In this document: positions 1-11,496 of the stretch, one piece after another
How the letters are laid out: every line of letters starts with the position of its first letter
Position numbering within the stretch: the stretch's first letter is position 1
DNA from: an uncultured Nitrospinota bacterium
GTDB taxonomy: Bacteria; Tectomicrobia; Entotheonellia; J063; CAVPRW01
Direction: 5' to 3'
DNA: 64,000 nucleotides
Assembly: GCA_963707985.1 (NCBI GenBank)
Contig: CAVPRW010000011.1
Coordinates: 32,001-96,000 of the forward strand
Program-made: the position numbers and the translations under genes
The notes under the pieces: model-generated
The model's input: the letters and a program-made list of their open reading frames with translations, nothing else
Databases searched by the model: none
Told to the model about the DNA's origin: nothing

Positions 1-1
1 T

Positions 2-1246
2 CTCTGGTTTGTTGGTGATCCTCAGCTGGCGGGCCATGAAACACAGGGCCAGCTCCATCTCCATCGCTGGTGTCAGTGGATCAGTCAATATCATCCCTCC
101 GGTGTCTATGAGGGTGAAGAGGGGAAACGTGTCGATTATGCCACGTCACTCCCTCCATTTCTTTGTGACGAGCTGCTTCTACCTCATCTGCTGCAGGGCA
201 AGCGTGCTGTCGTCCTGGCTGAGGAATGGCATACGGTCGATGCCGTAATCCATCTGGATTGGCTGCTGCGTATGGCTGGAGTCCGCCACCAGGTCAAGAT
301 CTTCTGGAACGCGAATAATACCTTCGCCTTTAAGCGCATCGATTGGGGGCAGCTGGCCCAGGCAGCGACCATCACGACGGTGAGCCGCTACATGAAGCAC
401 TTGATGCAAGGGTTTGGCGTGAATCCACTGGTAATTCCCAACGGCCTGTCGACGGATACGTTAATTCCTCCGGAACGCGAGGCCGTCGCAGCCTTTAAAT
501 CACACCTAAGGGGACGCACGGTGGTCAGCAAAGTCGCTCGCTGGGACCCGGACAAAAGTTGGCTTTTGGCAATTGATACGGTAGGCGCGATGAAACGCAT
601 CGGTTGGCGACCGCTGCTCATCGCTCGGGGTGGGGTTGAGCCCTATGGGGCTGAAGTGCTATCGGCTGCGTCCCGTACCGGGCTGCGAATAGCCAACCGG
701 CGGCTCTGCCAACCGGGTGTTCGTGGTTTAATGCAGGCGCTCGAGGGGTTGGAGGAAGTCGATATGGTCAATCTGTCTTCGACGATAGATCCCGAGAGTC
801 GTCTCGTGCTCTTCCACAGTGCCGCTGCTGTGCTCGCCAACAGTCACCACGAACCCTTTGGGCTTGTGGGCCTTGAGACTATGGCCGCCGGGGGCGTGGC
901 ATGTATTGGCTCTACAGGCGAGGATTATGCGGTACCTGGCCACAACGCTCTAGCACTCGAAACGAATGACCCTCAGGAGTTTCTTGACTTATTCGACACG
1001 TTGCGTCTCAATCCAATCATGGATCGGGCTTTGCGGAGGGCTGGGCGGGTTACGGCCCAGCATTATACCTGGTCGCAGATCATGCACCGTATTCTCCTCC
1101 CTCGTCTGCATCTGATGGCATGTTCACCGAATGGGACGAAGACGGTGAAGCGTGAGCCGGGGAAAAGGATACCTCAATTGCGGCCCACCACGAATCAACA
1201 AACCATCATACTCGCATCAGCCGAAGGTGGGGCCCCAGCTGCTTAA
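2..1246 (+). CDS. Glycosyltransferase family 4 (glycogen synthase-like), 5' partial
   Basis: Frame is open from the window edge (LWFVGDP...EEWHT...WNANN) into ORF 272..1246; GT-B motif EPFGLVGLETMAAG. Confidence 0.85.
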   Translation, partial: LWFVGDPQLAGHETQGQLHLHRWCQWISQYHPSGVYEGEEGKRVDYATSLPPFLCDELLLPHLLQGKRAVVLAEEWHTVDAVIHLDWLLRMAGVRHQVKIFWNANNTFAFKRIDWGQLAQAATITTVSRYMKHLMQGFGVNPLVIPNGLSTDTLIPPEREAVAAFKSHLRGRTVVSKVARWDPDKSWLLAIDTVGAMKRIGWRPLLIARGGVEPYGAEVLSAASRTGLRIANRRLCQPGVRGLMQALEGLEEVDMVNLSSTIDPESRLVLFHSAAAVLANSHHEPFGLVGLETMAAGGVACIGSTGEDYAVPGHNALALETNDPQEFLDLFDTLRLNPIMDRALRRAGRVTAQHYTWSQIMHRILLPRLHLMACSPNGTKTVKREPGKRIPQLRPTTNQQTIILASAEGGAPAA

Positions 1247-1290
1247 CGGCGAGAAGCAATATACGCCGATCGAGGGAAGGAGGGAGGAAA

Positions 1291-2536
1291 ATGAAGATGG
1301 ATCGCTGGGGAATCGATGAGGGGTACAGGGATGCTATGGGAGGGTGGCATGAAACCTCCGACGCTACTCGACGGGCCATTCTCACCGCCATGGAGGTCGA
1401 TGCCACGAGCGCCGGCCAGGCTGAGGAAACGCCGGTCTACGTCACGCAGCCTGGACAAACGATGGCGCTCGACAGGCCTGCAGAGCTGAGGCTTGAGGAT
1501 GACACAGTTCTATGGGTCAACACGGCTCTCCCTCCCGACCTCCCTCTTGGCTATCATGATCTTTGTCCCCTCGAAGGTGGACTCATGGCTCGCCTGGTGG
1601 TTGCTTGATGAGCAATTGGCCCAAGCTGCCACGGAGATTGCCCTCCTGCAGGATTTACCGATAGGAACCGACCCAAATGGAGCGGACGGTTGGGCCTGGT
1701 AAGGCGTATTGTCAACCAAGGCGACGGTCGGGGTACCGCCCGACAATTACAACACTAAGGGCCAAAACTGGGGGATGCCGCCTTTCGTGCCCCATAAGCT
1801 CCGTGCTGCCGGATACGAACCATTTCGCCAGACTATCCGAGCGAATCTGCGCCATGCGCGAGGATTACGTATAGACCACGTCATGGGCCTCTTCCGGCTC
1901 TTCTGGATTCCAGAGGGTGCCGACCCCTCGCTAGGCGCTTTTGTGCGGTACCCCGGCGATGAGTTGCTCGCTATTGTCGCACTTGAAAGCCATCGATCCA
2001 AGGCCCTGATCGTGGGAGAGGAGCTCGGCACCGTGGAAGCAGACATACAGGCGAGTCTCGCCGCCCATCGTATCCTCTCCTATCGCCTACTCTGGTTCGA
2101 AACCCACCTGCCATCACGATACCCTGAGCTAGCATTAGCGGCAGTTACAACCCACGACCTCCCCACTATCGCCGGACTTTGGAGTGGCACCGACTCATGA
2201 ATCCAACATGAACTTGGCCTGCAGCCAAACGCGAAGGGGTTCCGAGAGATTCGTGAACAGATCCGCACCATGACTAATCTGCCTGACGACGCAGCAGTGC
2301 ATGAAGTAATTGTCTGCGCCTATCAACTCTTCGCCGAGGCTCCATCGACCCTTGTCACAGCTACACTGGAGGATGCTTTTGCTGTGGAAGAACGCCCCAA
2401 TATGCCAACCACGACGACTGAGTGGCCGAACTGGTCAATCGCCTTACCCGCATCCTCGGAAACACTGCAGCGTAGTCCGCTGGCGCAGGCTATTGGTGAA
2501 AACTTTAGACGCAGGCGACCCTTGTCCTATTTTTAA
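1291..2536 (+). pseudogene. malQ: 4-alpha-glucanotransferase (amylomaltase) remnant
   Basis: Four fragments with MalQ motifs (LQDLPIG, GVPPD..GQNWG.PP, LRIDHVMG, GEELG, TTHDLPT, RPNMP..PNW). Large internal deletion near 1605 and in-frame stops near 1700 and 2198. Confidence 0.9.
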
Positions 2537-2879
2537 AGGCGGAGCCTGGGGGTTATGTTTATCATATCGAGATTATCCATCAGAGTCTGACCAAAACCAC
2601 TCCATTCATTCTTAACATGTGCACCAACTCACAGCTAATCACGACAACCTGTTGGCAGGGACGGATAATGCTGTTGATCAGCTGCTCCCTCAGTACTTCG
2701 ATGCATCTCACAGTGACAGTCGTTCTTAGCATGTGCTCTCAGTATGATAGACCTAAGGGACGTATGAAGGCCTTAGATGGAGGTAGTAGCGTAATGAGTC
2801 TAGACATTCAGGTCTTGTACAGAAGTACTTGGCCGATACAAGCCTCATTTCTTTGATGAATGTAAGGTTTACAGCGGAG

Positions 2880-2895
2880 TGGCATATCGCTTGCA
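2880..2895 (+). promoter_or_regulatory. Sigma-54 -24/-12 promoter
   Basis: TGGCATATCGCTTGCA (GG-N10-GC) upstream of the PRC-barrel gene. Confidence 0.7.
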
Positions 2896-3150
2896 CAATA
2901 TCGCTGGGAGAATGCGGCGCGCACATAACGCGTCAAGTCGCCTTATACGCCGGAACTTGGCGTGTAAGGGTTCCAAGGCGTGAAGGTGTACTGACTGCCA
3001 GCATACAACAAGGGACACACAGCGCAATACCCCCAGAAAGGGATGCGTTGGTGACCTTGTTTGGAGGGTCCTTTCACCACCAGGGAAGATCCTCCGAGTG
3101 TGCTGACGGTGAGATGGGGTCGGAGTCGACCTAACGACAGGAGGTAGCCC

Positions 3151-3585
3151 ATGAAGAAGCTCGTTGCGGCAGCAACGCTGGTCTCAGTGTTCGGTTTTCT
3201 GCTCACAGTCGGTGCGTTGGCACAGCCAGCGACCGGGCCAGGTACAACCCGTGAACCCATCGTCACTCGCCCTGCGACGCCGGGGATAATGACACCGAGC
3301 ACAATCAATGAGGTATACGCTAGTAAGCTCATTGGTGCCAGTGTCAAGAGTGCGCAAGGGGAGAATGTCGGGAAGATCGATGAATTGGTCATCGACCCAC
3401 ATGATGCACGCATTAAGGCTGCAGTTGTATCCGTCGGTGGAGTATTGGGCCTCGGCGCTAAATCGGTCGCGATTCCCTGGGATAGAATGACCATGGGGAC
3501 CGGGGCTGACAGGGATACCATCATTGTGGCGATGGGAAAAGAGGAACTCGAAAGGGCTCCAGGCTGGCAGAAGTCTGAGAGATAA
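3151..3585 (+). CDS. Secreted PRC-barrel domain protein
   Basis: GGAGG RBS, signal peptide, ASKLIGASV..GENVGKIDELVID..GGVLGLGAKSVAIPW motif. Confidence 0.9.
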   Translation: MKKLVAAATLVSVFGFLLTVGALAQPATGPGTTREPIVTRPATPGIMTPSTINEVYASKLIGASVKSAQGENVGKIDELVIDPHDARIKAAVVSVGGVLGLGAKSVAIPWDRMTMGTGADRDTIIVAMGKEELERAPGWQKSER

Positions 3586-3661
3586 TCCAGGGCTCGCTAC
3601 TTCATCAACGGTCGCTTCTGGAGCTGACCGCTCACCCGCGTGGAAGGTAGTTCATTTTCCA

Positions 3662-3696
3662 AAACCAGGAGGGGCATGATTTTGCTCTCCTGGTTT
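3662..3696 (+). terminator. Intrinsic terminator-like hairpin
   Basis: AAACCAGGAGGGGCA-tgattt-TGCTCTCCTGGTTT downstream of the PRC gene. Confidence 0.6.
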
Positions 3697-3772
3697 AAGC
3701 GGGGCGATCTCGAATAGCCTCTGCCTCAGCCCTTTGTCGGGCGGATTCATAACACTTCTTAACCCTCAAACG

Positions 3773-3867
3773 GTCGCTCATTTGCCTAAGGTGAAAAATT
3801 GAGGACCATCCTCGAAACAGTTTCAGGTCCCGTCCTTGAAATTATCAGGGTTCGACAAATGAGCGAC
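3773..3867. repeat. About 95-bp inverted-repeat element (MITE-like)
   Basis: GTCGCTCATTTG (3773-3784) and CAAATGAGCGAC (3856-3867), with weaker internal symmetry. Confidence 0.4.
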
Positions 3868-4068
3868 GGCTCAATTCAGGTCCCTGTGATCACGAGATAG
3901 CATGGTCAAGATCACTCCTGCTGCCCGATTACGAGGGCAAACGGGACAGAAGAGATAAAGCTGCCGGTGCGTCCGTTGGCTCATAAGCGGGTTTCGAACT
4001 AGGCTAGAAAGTAGGTAATAAGGTGGATAATAAGGACATAACAGCCATACAGCCGGGAGGTTTCAACA

Positions 4069-4377
4069 ATGCCCCGAGGAGATAAATCCAAATATACGGA
4101 AAAACAGAAACGTCAGGCAGAGCACATCGAAGAGGGGTATAAAGAGCGTGGCGTCCCTCAAGAGGAAGCTGAGCGGCGCGCCTGGGCTACAGTAAACAAA
4201 ATGACCGGTGGAGGCAAGAAAAGTGGATCAGGGCGAGGGCGTCCAATTAACAAGGCGCCAGCAAAGAAAGGGGGTAAGAAGGGTGGAGCGGCCTCGGCCG
4301 CACGTTCGTATGCCGAACGCTCCGCTTCCGCGAAGAAGGCGACGCAGACCCGGAAGCGACGAGCCGCCATGCGTTAA
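4069..4377 (+). CDS. Small basic stress-associated protein (MPRGDKS family, often annotated 'plasmid stabilization protein')
   Basis: MPRGDKSKYTEKQKRQAEHIEEGY...ERRAWATVNK..GGGKKSGSGRG signature; GGAGG RBS. Confidence 0.85.
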   Translation: MPRGDKSKYTEKQKRQAEHIEEGYKERGVPQEEAERRAWATVNKMTGGGKKSGSGRGRPINKAPAKKGGKKGGAASAARSYAERSASAKKATQTRKRRAAMR

Positions 4378-4965
4378 CGATTCTCCTTTCCGAAGTGGGC
4401 CACGCCCTCGCGCATACAGCCCCGGATTTAGCCTGGGGGTTCCCGACCTCTGGACCTTTGAGATCTCCCTCTACGAGTAAGAACGCTGTGAGATGCAGGT
4501 CCTGGCATACGACGCCAGCGCTCTGAAGGAATTCACTTTGCCAGGTCTGGAAGGATGCAAACCAGAAGGTCGCTATGCCCATATACCCCAACACGGACGT
4601 TGAAGCGCCGCCATGGACTAGTTGCTCGGCGCAATACTCGCGCGCCGCATATGCAAAACCCAAAGAAGTGAGGAGTCAGCCGACGATGGCGCACACCGAG
4701 CCCGGGGTAATCCACTCCCACTCCTGCTCGACTCGTATGGGAGGCAGTCTAGATAAGGCATATAACCTGATGCGTATCTTCACGCCCTTCCGGCCACATA
4801 GTCTGAGATTTCAAGTAGGCATCTCAGAATGAGTCTCTGATCGCTCTCATCCTCTCGTTATGAACAAGCGTGCACTAGCACTGGGGATAATGTGCGGCCT
4901 GAGCATCCGTTGCCAGTGCCTCAGACTCGCCCTCTGTAGAGGGCAATGAACGATGTAATCAAGAA

Positions 4966-4982
4966 TTGGCACGCAAATTGCT
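4966..4982 (+). promoter_or_regulatory. Sigma-54 -24/-12 promoter
   Basis: TTGGCACGCAAATTGCT, near-consensus. Confidence 0.7.
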
Positions 4983-5531
4983 CTCCCTTCTAGTATGAGT
5001 ACACGCTTTCTCTGTCTTACCGCGATGACAACGGGATATTACTCTACTCTCTCCCTTTGAGGTACAGGGGCAGCGTTCGAGGATGGTGAGGAGGCTCAGC
5101 AGGTACTCAGCCAGTAGCAGCCCTGGTTTCAAGAGGCTTATATTGCCCCATGTGATTGGTCGGCAGGAGAGTATTATCGGGGTACGCATTGGACCATCTA
5201 AAACTAAAGAGGACGCCCAGCAAATCGCTGTGAGGACCATCCAGAGACAGGTCCCCACAATCTTTTTTTCTACCTGCGTCCACACTCTCAAGATGAGAGT
5301 CATTAGCACTCTATAACCGGCCCTCGTGTCATAATGAGGGCGGCCGGTCCTATCACCTCAGGTGAAATATTTGATAGACTCAAGAGTCAGAGCAGCCATT
5401 AGGCTTGTTGAGGGGCATTAAAGGTGGTGCCATGGGGAATGTGTCCTGAGAGAGGATGAGGCGCATAATTTTTGCTATGGACATGGTATCCTAGACGTAG
5501 GCACGCAAAGTTTTTCGGGATGGCATTCTCT

Positions 5532-5879
5532 ATGAGTGGACCCTTTCGCATCAAGAATTACCGCCATTTACTGGCACTGCTCCCACAACTTCCGAAAGTT
5601 TGGCGACTGTGCTGGCGCTTGTGGCGCGACCGTCGTGTTCCCAGATCGCTAAAGGGCATGATCATTGGTGTTCTGTTGTATGTCATCTCACCTATAGACC
5701 TAGTCCCGGAGTTGCTCCTCCCGGTACTCGGCCAACTCGATGACGTGACCATACTGATACTAGGCACCTATCTTTTCATACGTTGGAGCCCCCCAAAGGT
5801 GGTAGCAGAGCATATGGCATCGATCAGCACGAACTTCTTTAGCAAATTTCGGCCATGGCTCGTACGCTCGGCCTGCTAA
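5532..5879 (+). CDS. YkvA/DUF1232 membrane protein
   Basis: LLYVISPIDLVPE..PVLGQLDD motif; start codon uncertain. Confidence 0.9.
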   Translation: MSGPFRIKNYRHLLALLPQLPKVWRLCWRLWRDRRVPRSLKGMIIGVLLYVISPIDLVPELLLPVLGQLDDVTILILGTYLFIRWSPPKVVAEHMASISTNFFSKFRPWLVRSAC

Positions 5880-5928
5880 TGCCCTTGCACTGAAACCCTG
5901 TTATTTCGGCACGAAGGGCTCGAAATGT

Positions 5929-8900
5929 ATGCGCCAAGGATTACCACACCACCAGATAATCAATGCCACTTCCAGGCCGCTGTTTGAGCCTAACCCTTTC
6001 AACTGGCCCCACTTACAGATTTTGGTCATGATAGCGGGCGGTGCCACAGCGGCTCTGGGGCTGTTGGTGATCGCAGGGTGGCACCTTCATAGCGAGACGC
6101 TTCTGCAATTGCACCCCACCTACGCTCCCATGCAATACAATACAGCGCTGAACTTTGTGCTATGCGGCAGCGGATTGCTGGCGCTTACGTGCGGATGGTC
6201 TCGTGTGGGGACGACCTGTGGTGTAGTAGCGGCTGTGATCGGTCTGCTGACGATCAGCGAATATCTGCTTGATATCAATTTGGGGATCGATCAGCTCTTC
6301 GTCAAGGCATTTATCACCGTGCAAACCTCCCACCCTGGACGGATGGCGCCTAACACGGCAGTGTGCTTTATGCTCGCCGGCATTGCGCTATGGGTGATGA
6401 GCGTGTCCACGCGCCGTGAGGAGCTCTTTTTGGTCACTGGACCATTAGGCGCGATCGTGCTGGCCTTCGGGTTGGTCTCGTGCATAGGCTATCTCAGTGG
6501 GTTGGAAACCTATAGGTGGGGATATTTTACCAGCATGGCCGTACACGCGGCAATCGGATGCATAATGCTGGGGGGCGGGCTGATTGCCTTCGCATGGTGG
6601 GCCGGTGCCGCGGCTCAGGCTATCGCCCCACAACGGTTTGCAGTGCTGGTTGGTATCTGTGGTCTGACGGTCACGTTCTGCTTATGGCAGGCCCTAATCG
6701 CGCACGAGCGCGCGCTGGTCAACCGATCAAGCGAGCTTGCTGCCGTGGGCGTGCAAAATGAGATCATGGCTCAGCTCAAACCCCGTGTCCTTTTATTGGA
6801 GCGCATGGCGAAAGGTTGGGAGCGGTGGGGGCAGCCAGCCAAGGAAATGTGGGAGGCGGAGGCGCAGCTATACGTCATGAGTTATGCTGATGTACGCGCC
6901 GTCGCCTGGGTGGATTCTACATTTCACCTGCGTTGGATTACACCGCTCGAAAGCTTTGCGGCAATTCAGGACCAGCCTTGGGACTTTGAAGAGCGGCGGC
7001 GCAGCGCACTTGAGCTAGCGGAGGGGAGTCGCCAAATCACCGCAACACGCACTCTCGAACTGTTATCAGGAGGTAAGGGGTTTCACCTCCTTGTACCGAT
7101 CACGCCGGATACCCACTTCGAAGGTTTCATTGTCGGCGTCTTTCGTTTACAAGAGTTGTTCGATGACATCCTGGAAAATCAAGCTCTTCGCTATAACATC
7201 GCCGTGTTTGAAGGCATGGAAGAAATTTATGGCCGCTATGAGACAGCGCGGTACGACCATGAGTGGGGCCATGAGACCCCCATTGGTTTCTATGGAGTCA
7301 CCTGGCAGGTGCGGGTTTGGCCCACAACAACTCTGCTGGTAGACGAGCTTTCTTCCCTGCCGGAGTTCGGCTTGGTAACTGGACTCCTAACCTCGGCCTT
7401 GCTGGCCCTCGCCATCTATCTAGCTCAGACCGCGTGGCGTCGCGCTGCCGAGGTCGCCTCTGCCAACCAGGCATTGCAGCGTGAAATCAACGACCATAGA
7501 CTTACAGGGGCCAGCCTCGCGTCACGTGTGCAACAAATGGAAGCGGTGCGAGCAGTGACGCTGGAAATCGGCCGGGAATTGGACCTCAACAGCCTGTTAA
7601 GTCTCATCATTGAGCGTGCCATCACCCTGGTGGAGGCCGCTCGAGCAGGCGCCATCTACCTGTGGGATGAGCATACGCAGCTGCTGATCCCGCAGGCCTG
7701 GCACAGTCGTGGAACATGGATGCAAGACATCCGCTTCGCGTTAGGTGAGGGCATCGTCGGCACGGTAGCCCAACGACGCAGCGGACTGATTGTCAATGAT
7801 TATCAACACTCTCCTTACAAACGGTCCCCCTTCGCCGAGCTTTTTGGGGCCACTGCCATGATCGCTGAGCCCCTGATCTATCGCGACCGCCTCGTCGGTG
7901 CCATTTCGCTGGATAATCAGGGATCCACACAGCCCTTCAGAGCAGAAGATCGGCGGCTCTTGGATCTATTTGCGGCGCAGGCAGCGATCGCCATTCTCAA
8001 TGCCAGGCTCTTTGCCGAGATTCAGGACCGTACAACTCATCTATCACAGCTCAGTTCTGAACTGCAAAGTGAAATCGCCGAACGCCGGCAGGCGGTGGAG
8101 CAGTTGCAACACCAGCATGAAGCCCTCTTTCAAAGCGAGAAACTGGCAGCCATGGGATCGTTATTGGCCAGTGTGGCCCATGAGCTTAACAATCCATTGT
8201 CGGTTGTAACGATGCAGGCGGACCTGTTGAGCGAGGAGATGAACGACCATGCTGGAACGGAGAGAGTGAGGCTCATCAGCCAATCCGCCGAGCGTTGCGT
8301 GGGCATCGTTCAGAACTTTCTCGCTTTCGCGCGTCAAACTCCACCACAGCGTACGGATGTAGCACTGAATTCTGTCGTGGAAGAGGCCATGAAGCTCCTG
8401 ACGTATACCTTACAGGTGGATGATGTGGATATCCAGCTGCGCCTGGCCGAGGACCTCCCGCCGCTCTGGGCCGATCCCCACCAATTGCATCAGGTCGTCG
8501 TCAATTTGGTGACCAACGCCCACCAGGCTCTGCGTGAGACCCCTCCTCCACGACAGCTGACGCTTGTCACACGCGCCAACCCGCCTAGAACCCGTGTCGT
8601 TCTTGAAGTCACAGATACGGGTCCTGGTGTCCCATCAGAGCTGCAGGAACGCATCTTTGAACCCTTTTTCACGACGAGGGCGCCGGGCGTTGGAACTGGC
8701 TTAGGACTACCCTTCTGTCAAGGCATTATCGAGGGGCATGCGGGTTTAATCCGTCTCGAAAGCCAGCCAGGGCTCGGGGCCAAGTTCGTCATTGAGCTGC
8801 CAGTAGAAACGCGGCCAGCTCGCGCTTTATTACCTCAGGAGCCGGCACCCCCCATGGTCGCGTCAGGCAAATCGATTCTGATCGTTGATGATGAGGCTGG

Positions 8901-9231
8901 GATTATGAGTGCGCTGGCCTACCTGCTGAGTCGCGATGGGTATGTGGTGAACACCGCATCAAATGGTCGTATAGCGTTAGAAAAGATAGAAGGGCGGGCG
9001 TACGACCTCATTCTTTGTGACTTGCGCATGCCCGAATTGGATGGGCCTGGACTCTATCGTGAGTTACAGCAGCGCGCTCCAGACCTCCTCAAACGCATGG
9101 TTTTTCTCACCGGCGACACCCTGAGCTCCGAGACTAGTAGCTTCCTCAAGAGCGCAGACATGCCATACCTCAGCAAGCCTTTTAGAGCTGCTGATGTCCG
9201 GCGAGTCGTACATCAGAAGTTACAAGAATAA
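5929..9231 (+). CDS. Membrane hybrid sensor histidine kinase (TM, CHASE-like, GAF, HisKA, HATPase, REC)
   Basis: AHELNNPL H-box; N, G1, F and G2 boxes (DTGPG, FEPFFTT, GTGLGL); C-terminal receiver IVDDE...CDLRMP..KPF. Confidence 0.93.
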   Translation: MRQGLPHHQIINATSRPLFEPNPFNWPHLQILVMIAGGATAALGLLVIAGWHLHSETLLQLHPTYAPMQYNTALNFVLCGSGLLALTCGWSRVGTTCGVVAAVIGLLTISEYLLDINLGIDQLFVKAFITVQTSHPGRMAPNTAVCFMLAGIALWVMSVSTRREELFLVTGPLGAIVLAFGLVSCIGYLSGLETYRWGYFTSMAVHAAIGCIMLGGGLIAFAWWAGAAAQAIAPQRFAVLVGICGLTVTFCLWQALIAHERALVNRSSELAAVGVQNEIMAQLKPRVLLLERMAKGWERWGQPAKEMWEAEAQLYVMSYADVRAVAWVDSTFHLRWITPLESFAAIQDQPWDFEERRRSALELAEGSRQITATRTLELLSGGKGFHLLVPITPDTHFEGFIVGVFRLQELFDDILENQALRYNIAVFEGMEEIYGRYETARYDHEWGHETPIGFYGVTWQVRVWPTTTLLVDELSSLPEFGLVTGLLTSALLALAIYLAQTAWRRAAEVASANQALQREINDHRLTGASLASRVQQMEAVRAVTLEIGRELDLNSLLSLIIERAITLVEAARAGAIYLWDEHTQLLIPQAWHSRGTWMQDIRFALGEGIVGTVAQRRSGLIVNDYQHSPYKRSPFAELFGATAMIAEPLIYRDRLVGAISLDNQGSTQPFRAEDRRLLDLFAAQAAIAILNARLFAEIQDRTTHLSQLSSELQSEIAERRQAVEQLQHQHEALFQSEKLAAMGSLLASVAHELNNPLSVVTMQADLLSEEMNDHAGTERVRLISQSAERCVGIVQNFLAFARQTPPQRTDVALNSVVEEAMKLLTYTLQVDDVDIQLRLAEDLPPLWADPHQLHQVVVNLVTNAHQALRETPPPRQLTLVTRANPPRTRVVLEVTDTGPGVPSELQERIFEPFFTTRAPGVGTGLGLPFCQGIIEGHAGLIRLESQPGLGAKFVIELPVETRPARALLPQEPAPPMVASGKSILIVDDEAGIMSALAYLLSRDGYVVNTASNGRIALEKIEGRAYDLILCDLRMPELDGPGLYRELQQRAPDLLKRMVFLTGDTLSSETSSFLKSADMPYLSKPFRAADVRRVVHQKLQE

Positions 9232-9426
9232 GGTCCACTGGTAAAGCATTTCAAGGCAACCCTATATTTATCCCGCACTCATTCTGCACCACCTTTACTG
9301 CCCTGAGGGTCTCATATCTCTGCAAGCAATGCAGCAAAGCGCACTTATCTCAGCTCCTGCTGCCCGTTCATCACCATACGTTGACGCAGGAGCCTTAACT
9401 GCATTGCTTGCGAAGAGACATCGCAT

Positions 9427-9580
9427 TCAGATGCGTCCCAAGAGCACGAGGATTAGAATAATCACGAGAATGGTGCCGAGCAAGCCGCCAGGATAGTATC
9501 CCCAGCCCGAGCTATACGGCCAGGTGGGGAGGGCGCCGATCAGCAGCACGAACCAAAATCACAATTAGGATTGTTATCAT
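9427..9580 (-). CDS. DUF3309 small membrane protein (apparent +1 frameshift)
   Basis: Manual translation MITILIVILV/VLLIGALPTWPYSSGWGYYPGGLLGTILVIILILVLLGRI; GGAG RBS; absent from the ORF track. Confidence 0.8.
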
Positions 9581-10584
9581 ATTCTTGCTCCCATGCACTA
9601 CATGTCTGCACCAATTCGCATCCGGAAAAACTATGCAATAGCTACAGCAACGCACGAGGGTCGTTCACGCGGATGAGCGTCACGATTACAGGAGAGCAAA
9701 TGTCATACCTATTTCAGGCTGGGATCTCATACGTTCCTGCACACGTAAGACTTCGAGCCTGACGCATTAACCTGTTACCGCAATGGGACACTCGACGCGA
9801 TTAAAGCGTAGCGAGCATATTTCAGCTGAGAGTGTGCCTACAACGGAAAAGATTAGTGTCGATCGGCTGGGGGATCTCCCAAAATGAGAGTAGGAGGCGG
9901 TGATAGGACTTCAGCTCTGACTCAGTAAGACATGCAGCGAGGCATCACCAGCCCGTGACCGGAGGCCAACTGCGCAGCAGGTATTCGCTCAGTGTGAAGG
10001 ACATGCGGAGTTTCGTGGGCCGACCAATCGGCAGGTGCAGCTTATTGAATACACGCAGTCCTTTCGCATGCTGAAAAAATCACATCCACTGTTTGCCGAC
10101 GACGTAAAACTGCCATGTTTTCCCAATGTCAAAGTGAGGATCACTGAATTCAATACACAAGAAGAGCACGGTGACGCAATGCACTCTTAAAGTGCGGTAC
10201 GTTGGAAACCAGGTGCTATGGCCTGGGCAATACTCTCCCTCACCGCGATCCTAGGATATTCCGGGGGAGGGGTCTCTGCTCTGGGCTTAGCACTCAATAT
10301 TGGTGACTTTAAGTCTTTTTCCCAGTATGTTAGGTTGCAGGTGGGGAGACACAACCTCAGTTGCAGGGACAGGGGAGACGCGTTCTCTGATGATGTAATG
10401 GGCTGACGGCACGGGCGCATTGCCTGTTCGAAACGGTTGAGAGCGATCCCCTAGAGAAGTATGCGCTCAAGGTGACCAAATCTCCGTACACCTTCTGACC
10501 TTGGGAGTTTCCTGGGGAGGACCGAGTGTCAGGGGCCACACATGGTGGGAGGCATGGGGTGAGGCATCTGAGGGGAAGGCCTAC

Positions 10585-10600
10585 TGGCAGGGGTCTTGCA
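10585..10600 (+). promoter_or_regulatory. Sigma-54 -24/-12 promoter
   Basis: TGGCAGGGGTCTTGCA upstream of the mlaC-like gene. Confidence 0.6.
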
Positions 10601-10899
10601 CCTGCATCAAGACTCATGTCTCCGAAGACTATGACTTATTAGTAGGGCGTTGCCTCGGGGTAGGAGGATATGGATAGCGCTCCGATATCGAAAGCCCGGG
10701 ATTTTCAGCTGCATCAACCATGAGGAACAGGATTCGGACCATAATCGTGATTGCAGATCACGAGAAGCCAGCACGCGTCGACCACTGACACGCATGAGAG
10801 GAGGAGGTATCAAGGATGTCAACGGATGCGGGAGGTGGGTAACCTAGGTGAAACGACACACCCACCTATGTGAAGCTTCACAAGCATAGGAGATGAGCC

Positions 10900-11496
10900 A
10901 TGGCACCGAAGTTATACCAGAGCTCTCTGCGGTGCACCATGTTGGTGTGGTGTTTCTTAATGGGGATCATGTCGAGTCACCTTCTTGCCGAAACGCCAAC
11001 ACAAGCATTACAAGAGACACTAGACCGTTATCAGCATGTTTTGCACGATTCAGCCCTGCTGGAGGATAGCAGAAAAGAGCAAGTCTTGGAGACCATTTTG
11101 GCCCGCTTTGATGTTCGCGAGATGTCCAAACGCATGCTGGGGCCGCACTGGGATCAACATCATGAACAGCAAGAAGCATTTGTCTCAGGGTTTACAGCGT
11201 TTATGAAAAGGATATTTTCGAAGCAATTTGATCAGATAAAAGGTCTCAAAGTGGCTTGTCGAGAGGAAGAAATACAAGGCTCGACGGCAAAAGTGGTAAC
11301 AAACCTGTCGACATCTGGTGAAGAATTCATCATTAATTTCCGCATGCACCAATATGACTCAGGATGGAAAATTTACGATGTAATGTTGGACAATGGGAGT
11401 TTCGGCATCATCAAGAGCTATCGAGCACAACTCCAGTCCATCTTGCAATTCTCATCATTTGAACAAATGCTGCAAATCATCGGGGGGAAAAAATAA
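10900..11496 (+). CDS. MlaC/Ttg2D-family periplasmic protein (orphan)
   Basis: Signal peptide; FDVREMSKRMLGPHW, WKIYDV..SYRAQ motifs. Confidence 0.8.
   Translation: MAPKLYQSSLRCTMLVWCFLMGIMSSHLLAETPTQALQETLDRYQHVLHDSALLEDSRKEQVLETILARFDVREMSKRMLGPHWDQHHEQQEAFVSGFTAFMKRIFSKQFDQIKGLKVACREEEIQGSTAKVVTNLSTSGEEFIINFRMHQYDSGWKIYDVMLDNGSFGIIKSYRAQLQSILQFSSFEQMLQIIGGKK

Noticed and set aside
9322..9411. 13-bp inverted repeat GCAAGCAATGCAG/CTGCATTGCTTGC
   Set aside because: It lies between convergent genes with no other support; function cannot be assigned.
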